Shown here: piece after piece, positions 37,870 to 48,196 of the stretch
Position numbering within the stretch: position 1 is the first letter of the stretch
Layout: every line of letters starts with the position of its first letter
Assembly: GCA_040772485.1 (NCBI GenBank)
Contig: JAXGYC010000007.1
Span: forward strand, 832,001-896,000
Direction of reading: 5' to 3'
Source of the DNA: Sedimentisphaerales bacterium
Lineage (GTDB): Bacteria; Planctomycetota; Phycisphaerae; Sedimentisphaerales; Anaerobacaceae
DNA length: 64,000 bases
Notes under the pieces: generated by a model
What the model saw: only the letters and a program-made list of their open reading frames with translations
What the model was told of the DNA's origin: nothing
Databases searched by the model: none
Made by a program: the position numbers and the translations under genes

Positions 37870-38904
37870 TCACATCTCGATCATCGCCTTGACGACGCCG
37901 TCTCTGTACCCGGCCACCAGCTCAAAGGCCTCCTGAACCTGCGCGAGCCCGAACCGGTGCGTCACCATGAAATCGACGCCGGCCGCACCCGACGCGACCA
38001 GATCCATCGCTTCGTGCGTACACTTGTTTTGACGGCGCACGTTGATGATCGTTACTTCCTTGCGGCGGATTTTGTCGATCGACAGCGCAATGCGGTCTTC
38101 GCGAGGAATACCGATCAGCAAAAGCTTGCCACCCGGCTTGAGCAGATCGACCGCCTGGTCGATCGTTTCCTGCTGGCCCGCGCATTCGTACACGACATCC
38201 ATTCCGAAAGGTTTATGCCGAAGGATCGCCGCGACCACATCCTCCTTGAGCGGATTGCCGACCCAGGCGGCTCCTGCCTTCCTGGCGATCTCCACTCGCT
38301 CGTCGATCTTCTCGGTCATATAGCAGGCCCCGACACCGGCGGCCCTGGCGCTGACCAGACAGCACAGCCCAATGGGCCCGGCGCCCAGCATCGCGACGTC
38401 CGCCCCCTTGGCCGGACGCGATTGTTTGACCGCGTAGACCGCGATCGCCAGAGGCTCACAGAGCACCCCCTGCTCGATGGAAATCCTGCCGTGCGTCGGC
38501 AGACAGCATTCCTCGGGCATCACGATGTATTGCGACAGGCACCCGTTGCCCTGACCGGGCGTGCCGAGAAAACGCAGATTGAAGCAGGTGTTCTCGCGAC
38601 CGGCCTTGCACTGCGCACAGCCGTGACAGGACACCGCCGGCTCGACCACCACTTCCTGGCCCACCTTGAGGCTCTTCACGTCGGGACCGATCTTCGCGAC
38701 CGTCGCGGCGCACTCATGGCCGACGATGAACGGGAACTGCACGACCTGCGAACCGATCCGCCCAGTCTCGAAGTAGTGAACGTCCGAGCCGCAGACCCCC
38801 ACCTTCTCGACCTTCAGCAAGACATCGGTCCCCTTCTGGATCTTCGGATCGGGAACCTCCCGCACTTCCATCCGGCGAACGCCGGTCAAGACCGCTGCTT
38901 TCAT
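37870..38904 (-). CDS. Zn-dependent alcohol/polyol dehydrogenase
   Basis: GVCGSDVH, GHE, CHGCAQC...C and GAGPIG motifs. Confidence 0.9.
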   Translation of the reverse strand: MKAAVLTGVRRMEVREVPDPKIQKGTDVLLKVEKVGVCGSDVHYFETGRIGSQVVQFPFIVGHECAATVAKIGPDVKSLKVGQEVVVEPAVSCHGCAQCKAGRENTCFNLRFLGTPGQGNGCLSQYIVMPEECCLPTHGRISIEQGVLCEPLAIAVYAVKQSRPAKGADVAMLGAGPIGLCCLVSARAAGVGACYMTEKIDERVEIARKAGAAWVGNPLKEDVVAAILRHKPFGMDVVYECAGQQETIDQAVDLLKPGGKLLLIGIPREDRIALSIDKIRRKEVTIINVRRQNKCTHEAMDLVASGAAGVDFMVTHRFGLAQVQEAFELVAGYRDGVVKAMIEM

Positions 38905-38937
38905 TCCGTGCTCGACTCCCGTCAGACCCGAGTATGC

Positions 38938-39996
38938 CTATACGTTAAATCGGAAATTGATGATGTCGCCGTCTTTGACGACGTATTCTTTCCCTTCCAG
39001 CCGCATCTTCCCCGCCGCCTTGACCGCCTTCTCGTCGCCCAGTGCCTTCAGGTCGGTGTAGGCCATTGTCTCGGCTCGGATGAAGCCCCGTTTGATATCG
39101 CTGTGGATCTTGCCGGCCGCATCCACCGCCACCGTGCCGTCCTTGATCGGCCAGGCCCGCACCTCGTCGGACCCCGCCGTCAGAAAACTCACCAATCCGA
39201 GCGTCGAATAGCACATCTGAACGAACTTCTCGGCCGCCGACTCGGTGATCCCCAGATCGGCCATGAAGGTCTTGCGGCTCTCGGCATCCAACTGCGCCAG
39301 CTCGTATTCGAGCTTGGCGCACATCGTCACCGCCGAGATCGGCCCGGCCACGGCAATCGTCTCGCCCGCCTGGTCCTCCCCCACGTTGATGACAGCCGCC
39401 ATGGGCTTGAGCGTCAGGAAACCAAGGGATTTGACAATAGCCCGTTCCTCTTCGCTGTGAATCACGGAACTGATCGGCTTCTCCGCTTCGATGGCCTCCT
39501 GCAACCTCAGTTGGAGAGCCAGTTCGGCCTTGTCCTGCGTCTGCGTCTTGGTGGGCTTGTGGATCTGCTTCTCCAGCTTCTCGACCCGCGTGGTGACCAG
39601 CTCCAGATCGCTCAAGAGCAGTTCGGTCTGCAGCTCGGCCAGGTCGCGTTTCCAGTCGATGCTGTTGCGGTACGCGGCGACGCTCGGATCGTCGAACGCC
39701 CGCACGACCAGAATCAACATGTCGGCCGTACGGATCTGGCCGATCAGCCGTCGGGCCGCCGCGCGACCGTGCTCGTCGGTGAAACTGAAACCCGGCAAAT
39801 CCAGCACGTCGATGGTCGCCAGGGTCTTCTTCTTGGGCTTGTAGAGGGCGTTGAGCCAATCCAGACGCCTGTCCGGAACCGGCACGATCGCCTCCTCGAT
39901 CGCGGTGGCTCCAATCGGCGGAACGGCCTTGCCGCTGATGGCCGAGAAGATCGTACTCTTGCCGGACTGCATCAGCCCAAGCAACGCTGCTTTCAT
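38938..39996 (-). CDS. ychF: YchF/Ola1-family ATPase, divergent
   Basis: VPVPDRRL, LTLKP, FLTAGSDEVRAW, AGKIHSDIKRGFIRAE and EGKEYVVKDGDIINFRFNV (TGS domain). Confidence 0.85.
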   Translation of the reverse strand: MKAALLGLMQSGKSTIFSAISGKAVPPIGATAIEEAIVPVPDRRLDWLNALYKPKKKTLATIDVLDLPGFSFTDEHGRAAARRLIGQIRTADMLILVVRAFDDPSVAAYRNSIDWKRDLAELQTELLLSDLELVTTRVEKLEKQIHKPTKTQTQDKAELALQLRLQEAIEAEKPISSVIHSEEERAIVKSLGFLTLKPMAAVINVGEDQAGETIAVAGPISAVTMCAKLEYELAQLDAESRKTFMADLGITESAAEKFVQMCYSTLGLVSFLTAGSDEVRAWPIKDGTVAVDAAGKIHSDIKRGFIRAETMAYTDLKALGDEKAVKAAGKMRLEGKEYVVKDGDIINFRFNV

Positions 39997-39997
39997 C

Positions 39998-40576
39998 TCA
40001 CAGTGCTCCGGACCTATCGCGAACCCTATCGTACACACAGCCCCCGGCGGCATCATATGCCACCACCGCAGGGAAATCAACGACCTCCAGCCGGCGGATC
40101 GCTTCCGTGCCGAGATCCTCGTACGCAACGACCTCGGCGCGGATGATATGCTTGCTCAGCAGCGCGCCGGCTCCTCCGAGTGTCGAGAGGTGAACGGCTC
40201 CATGCTGCTGCAACGCCCGGCGGACTTCGTCGCTGCGATAGCCCTTGCCCATCGTCGCCCGCAGGCCGTGGGCGATCAGCATGGGACTGAACGGGTCCAT
40301 TCGCGACGATGTGGTCGGCCCGGCGGCGCCGATGACCGCTCCCGGCCGGGCCGGCGTCGGACCGACGAAGTAGAGAATCGCCCCATTCAGATCGATCGGC
40401 AGTCCCTCCCCGGCGTCGAGTGCGGCACAGAGCCGCTTGTGGGCCATGTCGCGGGCGGTATACACCACGCCGCGAAGGATTACCTCATCACCCGCTTTCA
40501 GCCGGCGGATATCCTTTTCCGCCAGGGGCGCACACAACTGTATCACTGAATCGGACCTCCCGGGCCCGCTCTGCAT
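39998..40576 (-). CDS. Fe-S class I fumarate hydratase / tartrate dehydratase, beta subunit
   Basis: YTARDMAHKR, GPTTSSRM, GKG and DLGTEAI motifs. Confidence 0.9.
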   Translation of the reverse strand: MQSGPGRSDSVIQLCAPLAEKDIRRLKAGDEVILRGVVYTARDMAHKRLCAALDAGEGLPIDLNGAILYFVGPTPARPGAVIGAAGPTTSSRMDPFSPMLIAHGLRATMGKGYRSDEVRRALQQHGAVHLSTLGGAGALLSKHIIRAEVVAYEDLGTEAIRRLEVVDFPAVVAYDAAGGCVYDRVRDRSGAL

Positions 40577-40739
40577 CGAGCGCGCCGGACTATGCTATTG
40601 GATGAGCGACGTCGCAGGCGGTGAGTGTAACACATCGCTCCTTCCTTGCGAATGGAAAAACAGGCCGAAAGGGATTTGTTGGCAAAGCCCCGGAAAATTC
40701 GTGTCGAATCGGATCGGCGACTGTATAATCCACAGCGCT

Positions 40740-41384
40740 ATGCCGAAATATCCGATATTCCTGGATCTGACCGATCGACGGGTCGTGCTCGTCGGCGGTG
40801 GCGCCGTCGCCGTGCGGAAGGCCCATGTCCTTCTCGACGCCGGTGCGCGCCTAGTGATCGTGACCGACCAGGCGAGCGACGTGCTGACCGGCCTGTGCGC
40901 CGGGCGCGCCGCTGAACTGGTCCGAGCCAGGTACGCCAAGGAGTATATCGCTGAGGCGGTGCTCGTCATCGCCGCGACCAACGACGAGAAGGTCAATCGG
41001 CAGGTATACAGCGACTGCCAGGAACTGGGAATACTCTGCAACGTGGTGGACGACCCGCCCCTGTGCGATTTCTTCGTTCCGGCCGTCGTGCGACGAGGCG
41101 ACCTGCAAATCGCCATCGGGACCGACGGCTATTGCCCTGCCTATGCCGGCCACCTTCGCAACAAACTCGAAGCGATCTTCACCGAGCAGCACGGCCTGTT
41201 CCTGGCCGAGCTCGAATGGGCCCGGAAGCAGATCATCGAGGAGATTGCGAATTCCGCCGACCGTAAGGCGTTGCTGGGCGAGTTGGTCGAAGATGCGTCG
41301 TTCGAGTATTTCACCGCCCATGGCTCGGCCGCCTGGCGAGAGAGGGCCCGCCGGCGCATCGAGTCGCACAAGACCGGAAGCTGA
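40740..41384 (+). CDS. sirC: Precorrin-2 dehydrogenase / sirohydrochlorin ferrochelatase (CysG-B/SirC-like)
   Basis: YPIFLDL, VGGGAVAVRK, NVVDDPPLCDFFVPA and IAIGTDG motifs; TATAAT at 40724-40729. Confidence 0.85.
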   Translation: MPKYPIFLDLTDRRVVLVGGGAVAVRKAHVLLDAGARLVIVTDQASDVLTGLCAGRAAELVRARYAKEYIAEAVLVIAATNDEKVNRQVYSDCQELGILCNVVDDPPLCDFFVPAVVRRGDLQIAIGTDGYCPAYAGHLRNKLEAIFTEQHGLFLAELEWARKQIIEEIANSADRKALLGELVEDASFEYFTAHGSAAWRERARRRIESHKTGS

Positions 41385-41482
41385 CCTGCGGTCGGCTCGT
41401 CAGATAGAATCGCCGTGCTCGATCTCCGCACCCAAGACGCCCTCCCGCTGATGTGCCCGGTGAGGGGCCGAAGCCAACGACC

Positions 41483-43300
41483 ATGACCGCCAGGATCGAA
41501 CTGTTAGCTCCCGCTCGAGATGTGCCGGTCGCGATGGCCGCGATTCGCTGCGGGGCCGATGCCGTCTACGTCGGCGCGCCTCAGTTCGGCGCCCGCGAGG
41601 CGGCGGGCAACACGATCTCGGCGATCCGGCAGATCGTGGATTTCGCCCACCCGTACTACGCACGCGTGTACGTCGCGCTGAACACGCTGCTGCGTGACGA
41701 TGAGTTGGCGCGGGCTGAGAGGATGATCGGCGAACTGCATCGTATCGGCGTCGACGGCCTGATCGTTCAGGACGTGGGCCTGCTCGAACTGGACCTGCCG
41801 CCGGTGCCGCTGATTGCCAGCACGCAGATGCACAACGCGACGATCGAGAAGGTTCAGTTCCTCGAAGCAGTGGGCTTTTTGCGTGTGATCCTGGCCCGCG
41901 AACTGAGCCTGGATCAAATCCGCGCCATCCGCCGGGCGACCACCATCGAACTGGAGTGCTTCGTTCACGGCGCCCTGTGTGTCGGCGCCAGCGGCCAGTG
42001 CTATATGAGCTACGCTATCGGCGGACGCAGCGGCAACCGGGGCCAATGCGCCCAGCCGTGTAGGCGGCGATACACTCTCAAGGACCGGCGTGGCAGGATT
42101 CTGGTCCGCGACCGCCACCTGCTGTCGCTGAAGGATCTGAATCTGGCCGACCATCTGGCGGAGCTGATCGACGCGGGAGTCAGTTCATTCAAGATCGAGG
42201 GGCGGCTGAAGGACGTTGCCTACGTCGCCAATACCGTGGGCTTCTACCGCCGCAAGCTCGATACGCTCCTGGCGGAAAAGGGACTCGCACGAACCTCTTC
42301 GGGGTCGTCTGAACTGGCTTTTGAACCCAATCCCGACAAGACGTTCAGTCGCGGATTCACGGATTACGGCTTGGCCGAAGACCGGTCAGGCTTCGGCGCC
42401 ATCGACAGTCCTAAATCGAGGGGAGAGTTCATCGGGACGGTGGCATCCGTGGAACGGTCATGTTTCGTCCTCAGCGACGATCACGACCTGCACAACGGCG
42501 ACGGGCTCTGCTTCTTCGATGGGAAACGCGAACTGGCCGGCACACTCGTCAACTGCGTCGAGGGGCGTAGGGTTTGTCCGCAGAAGATGCACGCCATCCG
42601 CGCCGGCCAGGAGATCTATCGCAACTACGATCGCGTCTTCTCAGGCAGACTGACGGACAAGGCCGCGAAGCGGAGAATCCAGATCGTCATGACCCTTGCG
42701 GAGAAGCCCCAGGAACTGACTCTGACCGGTTGCGACGAAGATGGAAACGAGGCAACCGTCGAGATCGCAGGCGACAAGCAACTCGCCCGGAACGAGGACG
42801 CCGCGCGCAAGACGATCCTTGCCCAAGTGACCAGGCTCGGCAATACCCTCTTCGCCTGTCGCGAGGTGCGGATGCAAACCAACGCCACGTACTTTCTGTC
42901 GGTGTCGCAGTTGAACGCGGCCAGACGGGAGCTGGTGGAACGGTTGATGCAGGTGCGAAAAGCCAATCGACCCCGCCCGGGCGGCGCGGTCCGGAGGAAC
43001 GCTGTCCCCTGTCCGGAAAAGCACTTGTCCTACCTGGGCAACGTGCTGAATCGCAAGGCCGAGGAATTCTACCGCCGGCACGGCGTGGAGATCATCGAAC
43101 CAGCCGCCGAATCCGGCCTGGACCTGTCGGGTCGCCTCGTCATGACCACCAAATACTGCCTGCGTCAGGAGCTGGGCCTGTGCGAGGGGCCCCGGTCCGG
43201 CGCGGCAGCCGAGCCGCTGATCCTCGAGGATGAGGATGGACGCACGTTCGAGATTCGTTTCCGTTGCGGGCCGTGCGGCATGGAGATCGTGGCGCCGTAG
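41483..43300 (+). CDS. Peptidase U32 family protein (RlhA/YdcP-like RNA hydroxylation protein)
   Basis: ELLAPA, GADAVY, ASTQ, HGALC..SGQC, NRGQCAQPCR and FKIEGRLK motifs; long C-terminal extension. Confidence 0.88.
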   Translation: MTARIELLAPARDVPVAMAAIRCGADAVYVGAPQFGAREAAGNTISAIRQIVDFAHPYYARVYVALNTLLRDDELARAERMIGELHRIGVDGLIVQDVGLLELDLPPVPLIASTQMHNATIEKVQFLEAVGFLRVILARELSLDQIRAIRRATTIELECFVHGALCVGASGQCYMSYAIGGRSGNRGQCAQPCRRRYTLKDRRGRILVRDRHLLSLKDLNLADHLAELIDAGVSSFKIEGRLKDVAYVANTVGFYRRKLDTLLAEKGLARTSSGSSELAFEPNPDKTFSRGFTDYGLAEDRSGFGAIDSPKSRGEFIGTVASVERSCFVLSDDHDLHNGDGLCFFDGKRELAGTLVNCVEGRRVCPQKMHAIRAGQEIYRNYDRVFSGRLTDKAAKRRIQIVMTLAEKPQELTLTGCDEDGNEATVEIAGDKQLARNEDAARKTILAQVTRLGNTLFACREVRMQTNATYFLSVSQLNAARRELVERLMQVRKANRPRPGGAVRRNAVPCPEKHLSYLGNVLNRKAEEFYRRHGVEIIEPAAESGLDLSGRLVMTTKYCLRQELGLCEGPRSGAAAEPLILEDEDGRTFEIRFRCGPCGMEIVAP

Positions 43301-43331
43301 GACGTTCGCGTCGTCACCGGGCCAAATAGGA

Positions 43332-43360
43332 CGGCTCGACCGAATGATGCGGCCGAGCCG
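43332..43360. terminator. Hairpin between convergent U32 gene and rplU
   Basis: CGGCTCGACCG-N7-CGGCCGAGCCG, one mismatch, no U-tract. Confidence 0.35.
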
Positions 43361-43391
43361 ATGGACTGCTTGAAGACGCTGTCTGCCTGCG

Positions 43392-43721
43392 TCAGGCCTG
43401 GATCTTGTCGATCTTGACCTGGAGGTACTTCTGGCGATGCCCGATGCGGCACTTGCTGTTCTTTCGCCGACGGAAGTACGTGATATAGAGCTTGTCGCCC
43501 TTGACCAACGCGTCTTCGGCCGTGCCGTCGAATGAGGCGATGACCTTCGCCCCCTCCACGTAAGGGGTTCCGAGCCGGCTGGCGGCTCCATCACCTATGA
43601 AAAGGACCTTGTCCAACTCGATCTGCCTGGCTTGCGGATCGACGTCCACCAGCTCGATATTCAGGCAATCGCCCTCGGCCACCTTGTGCTGTTTTCCGCC
43701 CTGCTCGATTACTGCGTACAT
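43392..43721 (-). CDS. rplU: 50S ribosomal protein L21
   Basis: MYAVIEQGGKQHKV, GTPYVEGAKV and GHRQ motifs. Confidence 0.96.
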   Translation of the reverse strand: MYAVIEQGGKQHKVAEGDCLNIELVDVDPQARQIELDKVLFIGDGAASRLGTPYVEGAKVIASFDGTAEDALVKGDKLYITYFRRRKNSKCRIGHRQKYLQVKIDKIQA

Positions 43722-43875
43722 CTCAGAAACTCCAGGTCAAGGACTGCAATCTTGGGAAAACCGGTATCTTATGCCCCAGGGCCATTTTTGTAAAGACATT
43801 TCTGCGGGTTTTTCGTATTCTGTCGGCCGCAGGCGTTGCTCGAACCTGAACGGATGCATTCTCGGGAGTGCCTTG

Positions 43876-44709
43876 ATGAAATTGGCCATGCTCAACGACA
43901 GGATCGTCCCTGTCGACTCTCTCGATCCGATCTACTTCGATCGGGGAATCTACTTCGGCGACGGGGTCTATGAGGTCCTTCGCAGCTATCACGGCAAGCT
44001 CTTCGCCCTGGACGACCACCTGGCGCGGTTCGCCCGGAGCCTGGCGGAGGTCCGTATTACCAGTGTGGACGTCGTCCAGATTCGCAGCCGGGTCGAGCGG
44101 GCTTTTGCCGCCAGCGGCCTGCCGGACGCCAAGATCTACTTCCATGTGACCCGAGGCTCGGCCCCCCGGAATCACGTCTGGAACGCCGATCTGGAGCCCA
44201 ATTTCTTCCTTACGGTCAGTGAAGTGCCCGACGACAGCCGCGACAAGGCCGAGGGGATCACCGTATCAACCCACCCCGACTGGCGGTGGAAGCGGTGCGA
44301 CATCAAGTCGCTGAACCTGCTGGCCAACGTCCTGGCCCGTCAGAATGCGGCGGAGAAGGGCTGCGGCGAGGCAATTCTCGTGGATGACGTCGGACTGATC
44401 ACCGAGGGTGCCGGCTCGGGTTTCTTCGCTATCCTGGGCCGGAGCCTGTGGACCGCCCCCCTCTCGGCCAACATCCTGCCATCCATCACTCGGAGCTTCG
44501 TAATCAAGGCGGCCCGGAACTTGGGGATGGAAGTCGTGGAGCAGTGCCTGACGCCGCAACAGGCGTCCTCCGCCACCGAACTGTTCATCGTGGTGACCAC
44601 CAAGGACATCGTCCCGGTGGTCAAGTTCGACGGCGCCGTCATCGGCAATGGCAAGCCCGGCCCCCAAACCGCCGCCCTGATCGCCGAATTCCACAAGTTC
44701 ACCGTCTGA
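43876..44709 (+). CDS. dat: Class IV PLP aminotransferase (D-amino-acid transaminase-like)
   Basis: DRGIYFGDGVYEV, VTRG..PRNH, DIKSLNLL (PLP Lys) and ILPSITR motifs. Confidence 0.82.
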   Translation: MKLAMLNDRIVPVDSLDPIYFDRGIYFGDGVYEVLRSYHGKLFALDDHLARFARSLAEVRITSVDVVQIRSRVERAFAASGLPDAKIYFHVTRGSAPRNHVWNADLEPNFFLTVSEVPDDSRDKAEGITVSTHPDWRWKRCDIKSLNLLANVLARQNAAEKGCGEAILVDDVGLITEGAGSGFFAILGRSLWTAPLSANILPSITRSFVIKAARNLGMEVVEQCLTPQQASSATELFIVVTTKDIVPVVKFDGAVIGNGKPGPQTAALIAEFHKFTV

Positions 44710-44728
44710 ACTTGTCCGCGAAAAACAC

Positions 44729-44757
44729 AAGGGGGCTGCACCGCAGGCAGCCCCCTT
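44729..44757. terminator. Bidirectional terminator-like hairpin
   Basis: AAGGGGGCTGC-N7-GCAGCCCCCTT between convergent genes, with A-rich and T-containing flanks. Confidence 0.65.
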
Positions 44758-44782
44758 CTCCTTCGAAGCCCAACCAGTACCG

Positions 44783-45985
44783 TCAAATCAAAGGCACCGT
44801 CCCTTTGTAGAAGAGCACCAGAGCAATCACGCAGACCAGCATGATGACCGCTGGGACCATCCATACCTTCTGCCACTGGAACTGATCGCCCACTTTGAAT
44901 TTGTCCATCACTATGCCTGCCAGTTGCGTGCCGCCGAACAAGGCCACACCGCTCTGGGCCGTGAAGATCAGGGCCTGCATAGAGCTGCCCGCCCCTTCCG
45001 GCGCCACCGCCCCGGCATACATCTGTCCAGCGATGATGAAGAACACATAGGCCAATCCGTGAAAGGCCTGGGCCCCCACGATCATGGCGGGTGGACGCGG
45101 CACAATGTAGGTCACGAACAGGACCAACCAGGAAACGGCTCCGGCCACCAGCGTCCACTTGTAGCCCCCTTTGCCTACCATCCAACTGAGGACGAAGAGC
45201 GTCGCTGCGGCCTGCACCGCCTGCGCGATGGCCATCGAGGCCGGCACGTTCTTCGCCTGGATGCGGTTGTCCTGCATGAACTGTGCGGTCCCGAGGAAGT
45301 AGAACTGCATCATTCCCGGCGCGACCATCGAAATCAGCAGGAAGACCAGGAATGTCGGAATCTTCAACATGCCCAACGCGGAGCTTCCTGCCGCACCGGC
45401 CGCCGGCGTGCTTGGCAGGAAGCCACCGCAGATGACCGCCATAGCCACCGACAAGACCGCTGCCAAGATCAGGCAATCCCGGCCTTCTTCACCGGTCTTG
45501 AAGATCCAGCGCCAGCCGGTCAGGAAGTAGCCGGCCACCGCCCAGGCAATCGGCGCCCACATGAAGATGTAGGCGGATTTCGCCGTGTCGACGTTGTTCT
45601 TGGCCAGGTGATAGAACATCAGCGAGTTGACCAGAGGCAAGGTCGCCGCATAACACAGTGCGTAGAGCAGAATCACCGTGAACAGTGACTTGAAGTCCTT
45701 GCGATAGCTCGCGACAAACAGCAGCACCATGCCGGCAAGGTGGGCCACCGCCAGAATGTACTCCGTGTTGAAGTACTTGTCTGCCAGATACCCGGCCAGC
45801 AACGGCATGAAGATACAGGCCAACGGCAAGGCCGAATAAACCCAGCCGGTCTGCTTGCCACTGAACTTCAGCGGGCCCAGCAGCCGCGCCGCCAAAACCG
45901 GATACCACGCCCCCCATACGGCAAACTCCAAAGCCATCAACGCGCTGAGCTTCCAATACAGGGTCGAATCCATCCCGAAAGTCAT
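44783..45985 (-). CDS. MFS transporter, nucleoside:H+ symporter-like
   Basis: LEFAVWGAW, GYLADKYF, about 12 TM segments, WQKVWMVPA; AAGGAG RBS. Confidence 0.85.
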   Translation of the reverse strand: MTFGMDSTLYWKLSALMALEFAVWGAWYPVLAARLLGPLKFSGKQTGWVYSALPLACIFMPLLAGYLADKYFNTEYILAVAHLAGMVLLFVASYRKDFKSLFTVILLYALCYAATLPLVNSLMFYHLAKNNVDTAKSAYIFMWAPIAWAVAGYFLTGWRWIFKTGEEGRDCLILAAVLSVAMAVICGGFLPSTPAAGAAGSSALGMLKIPTFLVFLLISMVAPGMMQFYFLGTAQFMQDNRIQAKNVPASMAIAQAVQAAATLFVLSWMVGKGGYKWTLVAGAVSWLVLFVTYIVPRPPAMIVGAQAFHGLAYVFFIIAGQMYAGAVAPEGAGSSMQALIFTAQSGVALFGGTQLAGIVMDKFKVGDQFQWQKVWMVPAVIMLVCVIALVLFYKGTVPLI

Positions 45986-46023
45986 GTCATTCTCCTTGAA
46001 TCGCCACGCCGCCGTTGGTCCGG

Positions 46024-46839
46024 TCAACTCGCAGCAGCCAACCGCTGGACTGCCTTCTGGATATCGCCGAAACGATCGTCGCCCGCCTCGCGCTCGATGG
46101 CCAATGCCCCGTCGTATCCCACCTCTTCCAGCGCCGCGAGAAACTCGGCGATGCCGACCTGGCCGTCGCCCCAGGGCACCTCGGCCCCCCACGTCCCAGG
46201 CTCGCTGGTGCGTAGCGCGTCCTTGATGTGGATGTGTCGAATCCACGGCGCCAGGGTGTGGACCGCCTTAATGGGATTGCCCTTGTCGTAGAGGATCATG
46301 TTGGCCGGATCGAAGTTGACGCCGACGGAATTGTGGTCGAGCGTCTCGAGAAAATGCCTCAGCTCTTTGGCGCTCTCCTGCCCTGTCTCCAGCAGGAAGA
46401 TCACACCGTTCTCTTCCGCCATATCGGCCAAGGTGCGGATTCGGTCCGTGATCTTGGCGGCGTGAGCCTTGTCTGTCTCGTCGATGAAGCCGGCGTGCAT
46501 CGAGAGGTACTTGACCCCCAGCTCAGCGGTGATCTCGGCGGCCTGGGCAAACAGGGCGCGATCCCCCTGCCAATACGCGTCGGGAACGATGCCGCCGGTG
46601 ACCTTGATGGTGTCCAGCGTCGAGTAGTCCTCATGCTCGAAGTTCAGCATGGTCGAAGTGATCGTCCAATCCTGGGCCTTGATCGCGTCCAGACACTGCT
46701 TGCCGCCGGCGCCGATCGCACCGGCAATCGCCAGGTGCACGTGCTGCAAACCCAGTTTCTTCATCGCCGTGGCCACGCCGGGGATGTCCGTCTGGAGCGA
46801 CCAACTGCAAACGCCTACGGGCCAATTCCTGCACTTCAT
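46024..46839 (-). CDS. Sugar phosphate isomerase/epimerase (xylose isomerase-like TIM barrel)
   Basis: LETGQE, NFDPANM, HIHIKD and IERE metal ligands. Confidence 0.88.
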   Translation of the reverse strand: MKCRNWPVGVCSWSLQTDIPGVATAMKKLGLQHVHLAIAGAIGAGGKQCLDAIKAQDWTITSTMLNFEHEDYSTLDTIKVTGGIVPDAYWQGDRALFAQAAEITAELGVKYLSMHAGFIDETDKAHAAKITDRIRTLADMAEENGVIFLLETGQESAKELRHFLETLDHNSVGVNFDPANMILYDKGNPIKAVHTLAPWIRHIHIKDALRTSEPGTWGAEVPWGDGQVGIAEFLAALEEVGYDGALAIEREAGDDRFGDIQKAVQRLAAAS

Positions 46840-46866
46840 GTCAGTCTCCTGTCTTTATGCCCCCGA

Positions 46867-47886
46867 TCACTGAATGGCGATGCGCTCTCGCCTGCGGATC
46901 GACTGCTTCTCTGCTTCCACGATCTTCACCGAGTCGCGTGACTGCTCCAGCGTGATGACCGGCGGCACGGTCTGGCCCTGGATCGCCTTGGCGAAGTGCT
47001 CGACCTGGCGGACGTAGCCATCCTGCGGCAGCACCTGCGGCGTGAAGACCTCGCCCTCGGCCGGGCAGACCCGCAAAGCCGGCTGCCGCGTCAGGTCGTA
47101 GACGATCGTGGCCTTCTCCATGATCAGATTGAAGCTCATCTCGAAGCCGAAGCTCGGCATCATCCCCCAGCCGCCCTCGGCGGTGACGACCTGGTCGTCG
47201 CCATAGACGTACTGCGTGACGATGTGGATCAACTGCCCTCGCGGCCCGACGGCCCCATGAGCGCAGACCGCCCTGGGCATACCGAGAAGGTATTGAACGT
47301 AATCGGTGTCGTGAATGTGCAGGTCCAGCGCGACTCCTCCGCTGCGCTGCTCATCCACGAACCAGTTGTCCAGGCTCCAGCCGGGAGGCGAACCCAGCCG
47401 CTGGAACATCGCGGCGACCACCTTGCCGTACTTGCCGCTGTCGACCAACTCCTTGGCCTTGACATATTCCGGCCAGAACCGCAGACAGTGGCCAATCTGG
47501 AGGACCTTGCCGCTCTTGCGGGCGCCCGCAATCATGCGTTCGCAGTCGCCCACGGTCAGCGCCATCGGCTTTTCGCACAAGACGTGCACGCCGCGTGACA
47601 GCGCCCGCTCGGAAAACTCGGCGTGAAGATAGGTAGGCAGGGTCAGCGAGATCGCATCGAGCCCCGCCTTCGCGATCATCCGGTCGAAATCGGCGAACAC
47701 TTCGATTCCTGTAAAGTCGATGTCGCCGGCGGCCCCGTCGATGTTCCCCACCGCCCGGTGCGTGTCCTCTTTGATGTTCGGGTTCGCGTCGCAGACCGCG
47801 ACAACCCGCGCATCTTCCCGCGCCTTCCAGCAGCGAAAATGCATGCGTCCCATGAATCCGAACCCGACGATTCCCACTTTCAACAT
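46867..47886 (-). CDS. Gfo/Idh/MocA oxidoreductase (cytoplasmic)
   Basis: VGFGFMG, LCEKP and DLHIHD motifs. Confidence 0.92.
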   Translation of the reverse strand: MLKVGIVGFGFMGRMHFRCWKAREDARVVAVCDANPNIKEDTHRAVGNIDGAAGDIDFTGIEVFADFDRMIAKAGLDAISLTLPTYLHAEFSERALSRGVHVLCEKPMALTVGDCERMIAGARKSGKVLQIGHCLRFWPEYVKAKELVDSGKYGKVVAAMFQRLGSPPGWSLDNWFVDEQRSGGVALDLHIHDTDYVQYLLGMPRAVCAHGAVGPRGQLIHIVTQYVYGDDQVVTAEGGWGMMPSFGFEMSFNLIMEKATIVYDLTRQPALRVCPAEGEVFTPQVLPQDGYVRQVEHFAKAIQGQTVPPVITLEQSRDSVKIVEAEKQSIRRRERIAIQ

Positions 47887-48196
47887 CGCAACAGACCTCC
47901 CTATGGTGTGGGCTCGGCGCCTGCAGGTGTTCGGTCAGGCAGCCCGCGAGGTGATCTTTCTTCCCTTGGCCCGATCATGCATCTCATAGCGCCAGGACTC
48001 TCCAATCGGCACGTTTAAGATGCCGGATTCTATCAAACCGGCCCGAGGGCCGCCAAGCGATTTTCTTGCATTCGCCTGACAAATCGCAGGTCCAAGGAAA
48101 GGCCGTGGACATTGCCGGCCGCAGCGGTATCATGCGGAAGGTGTGCATGCCGGCGAACGAACCGGTGAGCCGGAGCCCTGGCGACGGGAGTGATTG

